From contig NMRA01000127.1 of the NCBI GenBank assembly GCA_002633005.1, positions 1 through 64,000 of the forward strand: a stretch of DNA of 64,000 nt. Direction: 5' to 3'. Below, one piece after another: positions 23,148 through 32,865 of the stretch. The notes beneath the pieces were generated by a model. That model was not told the origin of the DNA. It ran no database searches and worked only from the letters and a program-made list of their open reading frames with translations. A program made the translations under genes and the position numbers. Numbering within the stretch: position 1 is the first letter of the stretch; each line of letters opens with the position of its first letter. Source of the DNA: Phoronis australis. Its lineage: Eukaryota; Animalia; Phoronida.

Positions 23148-25309
23148 AGAGAGGTTTCGCAAAGCGACGTGAACATGAATTATCACGAACATATAATTTC
23201 CACGTCATACACGCCATTGTTGGATGTGACGTAATCCCGTTAGAATTTGCGTATTGTACGTAGAAAATAAATCTGAAACTAAAAAAGGCGGTCCAGATCC
23301 TCCCTAGGATACTATTGTTTCACGAAATGTAGAATATAAATAGGTAAATAAAACAACAAGAATGGATCAACTGAAATTTTCGGATGTAAAAGTTAGACGT
23401 CCTTTGTCAACAGAAACAGAAATAAAGTAAAATCAAACACTATATGGTAATTGACATTTAAGATATGGTGTAATGAGTATGATACATTTTTGCGTAAAAA
23501 ATTCAATGACATATTTTAAGAAGTTTTTATGTTCAATCCATGAGGTTCTATAGTATAAAGTTTAAACGGAATTAGCCACGTCTTCAGAAAACATCCTTCC
23601 ACGCTGCATATTTCCCCTCAAATGAAAAACCTATTTCCTCATCCACCTATAATTTCTTGGAGAAAATGTAAAATTCTAAAAAATTATTTAATTAAAGCTA
23701 ATATCGACAATATACACCAAACTGACCAACCTATTGGCAACACACAATGTAACAAAACTAGGTGTAAAATGTGTAACTTTATCAACGATAGTACTTTTTT
23801 CCAGTCTTTCCAAACCAATGAAAACTTTGAAATAAAACATTATTCTGATTGCACCACCAACAATATTATTTACCTTATGTTCTATCCAATACGTAGGACA
23901 AACTGAACATAATCTACAAACTCGGTTTCGTAATCATAGATTTAACATAATACATAAAAACATTTCTGATACTATAGGTAATCATTTCAATTCCAAAAGC
24001 CATAATATTCAAGATCTTTCTGTACAAATAATAGAAAAACTCCAACACCCCAGTACTCCTCATAGGCTCAAAAGAGAACAATATTGGATAGACAAGCTTA
24101 ATACTATAGAACCTCATGGATTGAACATAAAATCTTCTTAAAATATGGCATTGAATTTTTTACGCAAAAATGTATCATATTCATTACACCATATCTTAAA
24201 TGTCAATTACCATATAGTGTTTGATTTTACTTTATTTCCGTTTCTGTTGACAAAGGACTTTATTACATCCGAAAATTTCAGTTGATCCATTCTTTTTGTT
24301 TTATTTACCTATTAATATTCTACGTATTGTACGCAAATACAAGGAGATTCACGTCGCTTTAAACGCGAAACTTGTGGGCCTTCTTAATTCTCATTTGGCA
24401 AGACATCGAAAGGAGTTTTATTTTGATGGGGTTCTCATTCTTTCCTCTTTGCTATAGTATAAAATGAACGCGCTTTTTTGTCTATAAATGTTCTTGAAGT
24501 CCAGCTGAAGGAGAACTTTTTCCAAAATCTTTATTCTGCCAGGTCTCGCTTGATATCATCAAACTAGAATGGATTTTTAACAGATATGATTTTGTGTTCA
24601 TTGTTAGTTTTTCTCATGCTTAATTTACATGCATCTGTTTATTTTTAACTGCAAATAAATTACACATCATAAGAGTTGAGCATTTTTCACTAGAGTTTTT
24701 AGAAACGACTTTGTTCATATTTAACACATATTCCCATCTTGCATACCTGTAGCAAAATGGAATACAGTAAAATACAATACAATGAAACCAAACATGTTTC
24801 ATTCAAGATTCTGTAAAACCTACGTGTACCGATTGTCCATCAATTTTCTCAAAGAAAAACATGACGCAGAGCTGAGAATACGAGAGCAAGAGATAGCACT
24901 GGAACTGGAAAAGTTTGAAATGGAGAAGAAAGAAAAGGCAGAGAGGCCTGGAACGGAGAAGACAGAAATGGAGTGGAGACTAGCTGTAGAACACAGCATG
25001 TTAAATCACATCGCCAAATTAACTAAAAATTTGACTAAATTGAATTGATTGATTTGTGACAGATATTATCGGAATGAAAATAAAAGAAGTTGCATTTGCA
25101 GAGTGATTTGTAAGTAGTTTGTAATCTAGCGGATACTATACTACGATAACTGGACACCCTGAGCTCAGTTATTCAGTTCAAGTTTACTTTCACGTTCAAG
25201 TAAAAAATCAATTGTTGCGAAACCCATTTTTCTTATCGTAACGTATGTCAGCAGGCGCAGTTATATATGCGTCATAATTCATGTTCACGTCGCTTTACGA
25301 AACCTCTCT
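23148..25309. mobile_element. Non-autonomous PIF/Harbinger-like DNA transposon carrying a nested Penelope-like insertion
   Basis: 36-bp TIRs AGAGAGGTTTCGCAAAGCGACGTGAACATGAATTAT and ATAATTCATGTTCACGTCGCTTTACGAAACCTCTCT, one mismatch. Internal coiled-coil ORF remnant FLKEKHDAELRIREQEIALELEKFEMEK (about 24840-25048) resembles the C-terminus of Harbinger accessory proteins. Superfamily assignment is inference. Confidence 0.7.
23261..24322 (+). mobile_element. 5'-truncated Penelope-like retroelement (GIY-YIG endonuclease fragment) with inverted terminal repeats
   Basis: CNKTRCKMC...DCTTNNIIYLM [frameshift] QYVGQTEHNLQTRFRNH...IGNHFN...RLKREQYWIDKLNTIEPHGLN is a PLE GIY-YIG domain. About 230-bp inverted repeat (about 23328-23562 vs 24096-24322). 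11-bp direct repeat CGTATTGTACG at 23250-23260 and 24323-24333. Confidence 0.88.
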
Positions 25310-25542
25310 AATGTATTTTAATTACGTAAAAATGGAGTTTAGCGTCCTTTTTATGATTGACACTGGAAATAAGTTATTGAGGGCAATGTTATCACTGCGG
25401 AACTGGGTAACACAAGGGCTGATACATGCACGTTCACATTGCAATCATTCTAAAGTTCAACTGCGGAGAAAGATGTGCATGTTACATTTACCTTTCTCAT
25501 CAAGAGTTAGGTTGGTCAAATGATCATACTATCACGATGAGA

Positions 25543-25787
25543 CATGCGCGCACCTAGGGGGGGGGAGCTCGAACGAGCCTCCCCATTTGGCGAAGTGGGC
25601 AAAAATGTCCGCCTCATACAAACGAAAACTCCGAAATAAAGATAGAAAACGAGACAAAGGTCAACTAAAAAGGCAGGAGCTACCAAAATTCGGCGAATGC
25701 ACAATTCATAGCTACGAACGTACTCCGTAAAAAGTCCACATTCTCAAAAATTCGAGTCCCCCATTTTTTAGGCTGAGTGCGCGCATG
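25543..25787. mobile_element. ~245-bp CATG-ended MITE, family B, with 5-bp TSD
   Basis: TIRs CATGCGCGCAC and GTGCGCGCATG. TSD TGAGA at 25538-25542 and 25788-25792. Homologous to the copies at 35514, 52700 and 57131. Confidence 0.8.
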
Positions 25788-26692
25788 TGAGACACTTTTT
25801 ACAGTAACCACGATCATGAGTTTTTGCTATAGGTCCACTACAGTATTTAGCAACAATTCATTTCAGCGAATACGTTCTAGAAATTCAACGAATCAAATGC
25901 CCAAACCCAAAGCTATTGCATAGTGAAAGAAGTACCACGATTTTGATCCACGGACGCTGTACACGTGAACTTCACCTTTTGCCGGTTTTGCATGAATTTG
26001 CCATGCTGCTTAATAAGTACCTTGTGCGGCCTTTCTGCAAAACATTTAATAATTACCTGCAACAACATCTAGTGTCAAAGCAGAAACTAACGGGAGGCGA
26101 CATAACAAAACAGTGGCCAATAGTTTTGAGATAATAGATGGACATTGTCATACATCCAGTACTTGATCCAGAAAAAAAACTATCATTCAAAACTTCTGGG
26201 AAAGCTCTAAGTGGCGCCTTCTAATAGGGAATGGCGAAAAATGTGTCAACAGGCGAAGAATGCGTCATCAGGCGATTCCGCATCGTCGGAAAAAATTACA
26301 AGTGATTTTTTCCAGAAAATTTGAACTAAAATTTTTTATCATTTTTTACCTCAACCACAAGAGGTGGGAAGGTTTAGAAATGAGTTTTGCACAAGTGCTA
26401 CTGTTTACGTTATCTATATTTTTAAGCGACGGATCCTTTTCGCTTTACATTATATAGCAGGAAACGGTTATTTTAAAATAAGACAAAATGAAATAAACAA
26501 CAAGAAATGGTTAATGGCATTCAAAAATGTGGACTCCCCCTCACTTATTATTACAATTGTTTGAACATTTTTCCCTTCAAAACGAAGTCGAGGAAGATGT
26601 CGCAAAATACGATTGGCACATCTAGTATAATCGAGAATCTGGACCTATGCTTGGTGGAGGTGCTCACTTCTGACAAACTTATCAAAACTCAC

Positions 26693-26875
26693 CAATGCCG
26701 TCCGCAAGTGGACCATCCCATTCGTTTCCACCTATACAGGTGCGTGACAGTTCAGTGGAAGCCACCGAGAAAAAATACGGGAACTTGGTATGTAGTGTGA
26801 TCATGAAACCTTTCCCGATTCGCTTGACTGGAAGTGGTTGAACATTCTTCAGCGTCGGCATTTTGCACGAGGTAT
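26693..26875 (-). CDS. Sushi-domain protein, putative exon 6: atypical CCP module with only two cysteines
   Basis: Acceptor TTTCAG|AT, donor G|GTGAGT, 183 nt, phase 1-1 like the other CCP exons. TSCKMP...ITLHTKFPYFFSVASTELSRTCIGGNEWDGPLADGI aligns to the CCP pattern. Downstream exons were not identified. Confidence 0.55.
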
Positions 26876-26979
26876 CTGAAACCAAGACAGACTACCGCTG
26901 AATCGGAAATACCCTGACCAACAGCACTTCTAGAAATGCTTCAGCGTAGTTCCTCGGACAGTCGTCGAGGTTCTGTTAC

Positions 26980-27057
26980 TAGCCCAAGGTGGCGATATTG
27001 TCGTTGTTGTTTTTAGAATAGGCATTGCAGTTGTTGTTGAATTAAAGAAGGGTGTTG
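26980..27057 (-). CDS. Sushi-domain protein, exon 5: Thr/Pro-rich linker (may instead read through to a stop at 26930 as the terminal exon)
   Basis: Acceptor TATTTAG|CA, phase 1. Encodes ATPFFNSTTTAMPILKTTTTISPPWA. Weak donor A|GTAACA; without splicing it continues SNRTSTTVRGTTLKHF-stop. Confidence 0.55.
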
Positions 27058-27677
27058 CTAAATAGACCATTTCCAAAACTCGACCCCGTCGCCTATTTCC
27101 GCTTTGGTTGATGACAGCCTCCCTGTCTTATTGATTACATGTAGGTCAGAACGTGTGTTGAAATCAAGCGACTAAATTTGATTGGATACCTTTTGACATA
27201 CTTCTCAAATCACAACTTTACGTTTCGCCAAAGGTATTTTTTTTTAACTAAGCGTGGGAAAGAATAGAGTTGTGGGGAATATGCTAATATTTCCGTGTTA
27301 TATACTTTTTTCACTCCCTGACTTTCGGTGTTCGTTAGTACCGGGTATTATATGGTTCATTTGGACACCACATTTAACATACATGTAGAGAACGTTTGGT
27401 TAACAAAACTAAAGCAAACATGGGTTCCAAGGGTGCTTTTAGCTTTGCCGGGGTGTCTTTAAACACTTACGTATAGGCAGGTTACGTACCTATTGTCTGC
27501 CTGATGAGCATATCTTTCCAGTTTGAGTACGAATTAGCTCCCGTAAGATCCCGCGTTGCTGCTCAAATTCGTCAAAATATGTCCTAAGCCACCTTGTGGT
27601 ATGTAAAGAAATTACAGAAACGTAAGTATCTATAAAGTTTGGGGTTTCTGAGGGTGTGAAAAAGAAACTCACAGAGA

Positions 27678-27742
27678 CATGGGCGGCGCAGCACTGAAAA
27701 AAGTGGGGGCTGAAGCCCCCCCCCTATGGTGCCCCGCCCATG
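27678..27742. mobile_element. 65-bp CATG-ended MITE, family A, with 5-bp TSD
   Basis: CATGGGCGGCGCA...TGCCCCGCCCATG. TSD AGAGA at 27673-27677 and 27743-27747. Confidence 0.8.
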
Positions 27743-27772
27743 AGAGAATATCTGTGCCGGCGTTTACATTAC

Positions 27773-27958
27773 CTATACAACTCGGCAATGTAGAATTCCA
27801 CTCTTTGTTTAGCATACACTTGGTGGACTTTTCCATTGAACCGTCAGGAAACGTGTAACCAATCACGCACCAATACGTCACTACTGTGCCTCTGGGCACT
27901 TTCTCTTTTTTCTCGCTTGTATGAGCATTGGCCACCTTCTGGACGCTACACGTCAATG
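27773..27958 (-). CDS. Sushi-domain protein, exon 4: CCP/sushi module 2
   Basis: Acceptor TTTGCAG|CA, donor G|GTAATG, 186 nt, phase 1-1. LTCSVQKVANAH...GTVVTYWCVIGYTFPDGSMEKSTKCMLNKEWNSTLPSCI has four Cys and the conserved Trp. Confidence 0.9.
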
Positions 27959-29573
27959 CTGCAAAGAGTAGCAACGAAAACTGACTCGAGGACGCTGAAA
28001 GCTACAATCGCCTGCTAGGCTGGCATATCTCATAAGTGTATTTAACGTATAAAGCTACGGCGCGAATCTTTTTAGCGCTCTCAGGAAGATGGGTGGGCCA
28101 GTTTTCATTGCAGTTATGTAGAAAAAATGGGAAAAGATTACTGCGAATGATATTCAGTAGTTCTTTAAAATTGGATTCAGTGAAAAAGTTCGCGTATTTG
28201 TCCTCTGCGCTGTTTTACCCGGCTGTGGAAGTCTTGGCATTATTAAGCACGTTATTGTTTAGCTTAATATTGTAATCGTAGCATCCTGATTTTGAGAGAC
28301 AATGTCAAAATCGGAGTTTTGGCATTTCGATATTCTTTCTGTGGTCGTAGCAAGGCAAAAGGGCTGTTATGGAATAACGGAATAATTTATCCACGGAAAA
28401 CACCATCAAGTGTTCTTACGTTCAAAGTCCAATCATACAATTTTCTATATTTAGGTGGGAAGCTGTTTAGACATTTAGTTCTGAATAAAATTACACGACA
28501 TAAGAAATTCACTTCTGCGTCACGTCCGTCTTATGTAACTTTATAAGTTTTGTGCGACATTTTAACTTTCCATGGAATTGTGCGGCATACTCTAGGAGAG
28601 AATGCTTGGACGGAAATCATCGCCAATGGCCCTTTTACAGCCACGGTTACTACGCACTTGTTTTCTATGCAAATCTTGTTTTGACGAAATCTTTCAGCTG
28701 AGGCTACTTTATAATTCTTTAGCATGTTTCTCGTACCAATGTTCTCAGTAACACGCAAATGCCTGAACAGCCTCGGGTCCGTTTCATGGAAAATGACATA
28801 ACTAAAATAAGAAATTTGGTCAAACGCATCGCAGTCTAGAAATGATTTACATAAATTATCTCTGTAACTACCTGTTACGAGTTCATGTCCAAAGCCTTCG
28901 GACTTTTGCACAAGTGAGATTTAACTACTTTTTAGAAATGTGCCAAGTTTCTGTCTAAGTCTTAAATTTCACTTTCATGAAACACAGCCCTCGTCTTAGC
29001 GTTATCGCTGGAAGTAGAAACCTTGTGAAAAATACGCTGGTAAAACACCCAAATATGTGAATCCATGAAAAGAATCCTACGTTGACTCCCTAACCGGTCG
29101 AGACTGGGCAACTCGACCCGTTTGCGCATCTCAAAATTTGCCGGCTTAGATTAAAGACACCATGTTGATGTGGTTAATTAAATCGCTCCAGGCTGCTGTT
29201 GTTATCGTTCTCTAGATAGCGAGACCCATCATAAATACGGTGGAGGCGACAATAGTGTTTTTTAAATTATAGTTTTGAAAGTTTGTAAATGGCGTATTTG
29301 AATAGTTCGAGAAGCACACGTTTTTCAATTGTGAAAGATGAACAAGAAATGTGACTTATAAAACCTAAAACGTTTGTTTAGATGTTGCAATATGTTCCTC
29401 ATTAATTCTGCTGGGTATGCAACATAACTGGGCCAATTACCAAACCACCAAGCAGCAGTTGGATTTTGAGGTAAGTCAAATGTCATCGCACAATTCTTGG
29501 TATATCAAACGGTGATAAATATGTAGCTAAACGTACAACAGCGCTCTAAAATTTAACTGGTTCATGTACTCAC

Positions 29574-29756
29574 GGATGCAACTGGGGACGATGTAATCCC
29601 ACCAGCCTATCCGAATGCACGTGGCATGAAGTTTGCTGGAACCATCCGGAAAAATATAGCCCTTTTTGCAGGTGTACTCAACATTGGTTCCCACGGTTAC
29701 CCTTCCTGACGGAGAGGCGTAGCTATGCAATGATGTTTGTGCCAAGCAATCGTAGG
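29574..29756 (-). CDS. Sushi-domain protein, exon 3: CCP/sushi module 1
   Basis: Acceptor CTTCCAG|CC, donor C|GTGAGT, 183 nt, phase 1-1. YDCLAQ...GTNVEYTCKKGYIFPDGSSKLHATCIRIGWWDYIVPSCI has four Cys and the conserved Trp. Confidence 0.9.
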
Positions 29757-30826
29757 CTGGAAGGAAATCCCATTGAAAAAACAGTGAATGGATGAAACAC
29801 GAACACGTTATTAGTAAACTTAATCACGAACAAATACCTTGGCCGTCAAGCTTTATTCGAGACTCGCCTGGAAAACTGTCATATCTCGGCTTATTTTTAA
29901 GCGTGTTGGGCTTTGGGGCTTGGTGCACTTAAGTAATCTCTCTAACAGGAAACTTCACAATCACTTCATAAAGTATTTTCAAGGAAGTAGCTCCAGGGGC
30001 CTGTTCTTTGGAGCTTTTCAGTTTCTACAAAGATCTAAATCATACTTATTTAAGACCAATCTTTATTAGCCCCGTTTCATGGAATTTCTCAAGACCAAAG
30101 TTAAGTATTCGATTGTAGCCAAAGCCGGAACTTAGTCTGCTGACGAGTTGGCCTTTTCTAGATATTGGATTTTTGGTCTTAATGGCTGTAAAGTGTTTGC
30201 GATCTCAGCAATGGCCGCAAACAATGTCGAATTCAAAGATCGTCTACTTTCGATTCGGAAACCTGCTGCAAAGCATCGTTGAGACACCGTATCGCAAGTC
30301 TTCAAGGCTTTAATTTCGTAATAATATATTGCAGTTAAAAAATTCTTAAAACTGCATAGTAAACTAATCCCTTGCTCACTTTTGTGAATACGCAACAGGT
30401 GACGAAAGTGTAATGCAGTATGGTCATTGGGTTACCTTAGGCAATTTCGTTCACAAGATGACCCCAGCATTAACATTATAAATTTTGAGTTTTAACTAAA
30501 AATCTCATATTTTTACTCGAGTTTGTTGCTCAAAAATAAGGATCGTCAAGTGCATTGACCCTCATCATCATAAACCCTAACATAACCGAGTAGAGAAAAA
30601 GTACACAGAATTATTTCGAGTGCACAGACAAGTAGAGCGGAAAAAGTAAAAAAATAATCTCCATTCGATTTCGAGATTATACTCTAACCTGGCTAGAAAT
30701 CACTTTTAAATGTGATTCACGTGTTTTAATTCACACCATATCGTGGCATGTACGGAAGAGGAGGGGTCACGTGTCTAGCACAAGTACGGGTCATCTTGCG
30801 TAGTTGGTGAACGGAGGAGTTCTTAC

Positions 30827-30874
30827 CCTGGCTAGTTCTTGAAACAATCGCTAGGACAAATGAAACAACCAAAA
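30827..30874 (-). CDS. Sushi-domain protein, exon 2: signal peptide hydrophobic core
   Basis: Strong acceptor TTTTTTCTTTCAG| and donor G|GTAAGA, 48 nt, phase 1-1. Encodes VLVVSFVLAIVSRTSQA, giving a plausible cleavage SQA|YD. Confidence 0.75.
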
Positions 30875-30924
30875 CTGAAAGAAAAAACGTAGGTACATAT
30901 AATTATGTGTACGAAAATGGGTGA

Positions 30925-32121
30925 TTAAGGAGGTTCCAAACACTTTTAAATTATTGTTCAAAATTTCTTAAATTTTCATATTTTATATTTCAGTTTGTTC
31001 TACTAAAAGTCTATAAAGATGTTGGTGTCACCGAATTAGTTTCTCCCTTACAGTTGCCAAAACAAAGGCACTTCTTCCAAAGGTATGAAATTTACATGGG
31101 TTACTGAAGAGACTCCTTCAACTAAGGAAATGAATGAAATCCTTCTGAAACGGACAGATTCGTTGTGCGAAGCCAGTTTTCAATTTATTTCGAATTATGT
31201 TTCCTGATTTACTGATTTTTTTTTGCGTCAGCGTAAGTAAACGATTTCTCCTGGAACTCTGAGTACCTCAGATCCTAACGTTTTGGCTTCTACACGAAGC
31301 GTTACATCGTTAATTTTCTTATATGTTTTGTCGTGATTCCCAACGCGTTTTCTATGAAATAAGACCAAACCACAATGACTTCGTTTTTGAGATACTTTAA
31401 CTCAAACAATGTCAATTAAGATTACCCAATTTAATGTTTTCGAAAGCATGCAATTTGTCAAAGTCTCAATACCTAGACTCCTTTGCCTTAGGACATTTAA
31501 GTTTTTTTGTTGAATGTGGCCAAATGCCAAGTCAGATTTTTATGATGCTGTTCCTGACTTAGTAGAAACTCCCCCTGACAAAAAGGGCCTGGAACGCGAT
31601 AAACATACTAAATTGCAATATTGACAGTGGTTCTCTGGCACTGAAACAGAATTCAACCTGCTCACCGGGTATTTTTACGGTTTGTTCGTAAAGATGTTTA
31701 ATTTCTGTTGATGTCAAAACGTTTCGTTTTTGTTTCAAATTTCAAAAAACGATCTGCTCGTCACTTCGTCAATTTTTCTCCCACAGGGCACAGCCCGTCT
31801 CCCTATATGGTATGGCAGGACGAAGATGTAGCACATTTCCCTTATATGGAAAATATGACCTTTGACCTCAATCGACTTCAAGCAACTGGCTGTGAGCTCA
31901 TGCGCACATTTATCATAAGTGGGAGGGAGATTAGAAACGCTGTGGTAACCACAGAGTTTTTCCTTTGTGCGTATTTCAAAAATCGCGAATTTGGTGTTTT
32001 TTCTAGAATTTTTCTCACAGAAAAAATTGAATTACTATGTACTAGACGTTGCAGATGGTACTTTCGTCAGGAATTGTTTAAAAATATTTTTGACGAGCTT
32101 TCGCGTTCCATGCCTCTTTAA
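30925..32121. mobile_element. Dispersed non-autonomous DNA-transposon-like repeat, TTAA-bounded (Kolobok-like by inference)
   Basis: The right end GCGTTCCATGCCTCT|TTAA and internal blocks recur inverted at 10046-10450. The left end TTAA|GGAGGTTCC is only weakly complementary, so the left boundary is uncertain. Confidence 0.4.
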
Positions 32122-32199
32122 CTTTGCACTGTAAAACTCTTACCCTGCCTTACGAGCAGTAGTAGTATCACAGATGATATCACTAGTTGCCGGGGTCTC

Positions 32200-32570
32200 A
32201 TCGTTTTACTCGTAAACATTTTTTTGCCATTTTTTATTCTACTTTTGTGCGAACTCAAGACAAGTGGCTATCACTCACTGCTTGAGAACATTATGCTTTA
32301 TGCATATGACTTTCAAGTCCGAGTTTGCACTTGGCCATCACTGTATTCGTGTTTCAAACTCGAGATTTCGAGTAAAAACTTAAAATTTAGAGTTAAAACT
32401 TGAGCTTATAGCTGTAATGCTGAGTCTATCAGGTGCAAGGATTATAAAGTTATCTACGTAAGCCATTATGTACTCCACCATAGAGTGACAGACACTTACC
32501 ATGAGTTCACAGAAAAGGTTGGATATAAAATACAAAAATAGATCGAGTTCTATTTCGAGTACAAAGAGCG
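32200..32570. repeat. Old dispersed repeat, homologous to 62480-62850
   Basis: Collinear blocks TTTTGTGCGAACTCA, CATATGA, GTATTCGTG, TCGAGTAAAA, ACGTAAG-CATTATGTACTC and CACTTACC occur in both places. Confidence 0.6.
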
Positions 32571-32840
32571 AGATATTGCTGATACCACGCTTCGTTTTCC
32601 AAAAGAACGTTGAAACTGGCGTAAACTAATTGACCATGTGCATATTCATATTTATCGACCTCTTCTACAAACCACCGTAATGATCTGTGAGCCAATGAAA
32701 TCAAAGTTATGACCCTCTTTGCTGACACATGTGGTTGTAGTACGACCTATTACGAAAGGCTTTGTGGGTTAAGAAACTATTTTTAGAAATAACCTTGATG
32801 ATTTATAGCCCTCTTTGCAAATAACGAATATCGCTCTTAC

Positions 32841-32865
32841 CTGTAGGCCTACAGTGTATCTTCAT
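32841..32865 (-). CDS. Sushi-domain protein, exon 1 (putative start codon; MKIHCRPT)
   Basis: 35-nt exon 32841-32875 bounded by CTCTCAG| and CAG|GTAAGA. ATG at 32865 yields MKIHCRPT-VLVVSFVLAIVSRTSQA, a complete signal peptide in frame with both CCP exons. Confidence 0.6.
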
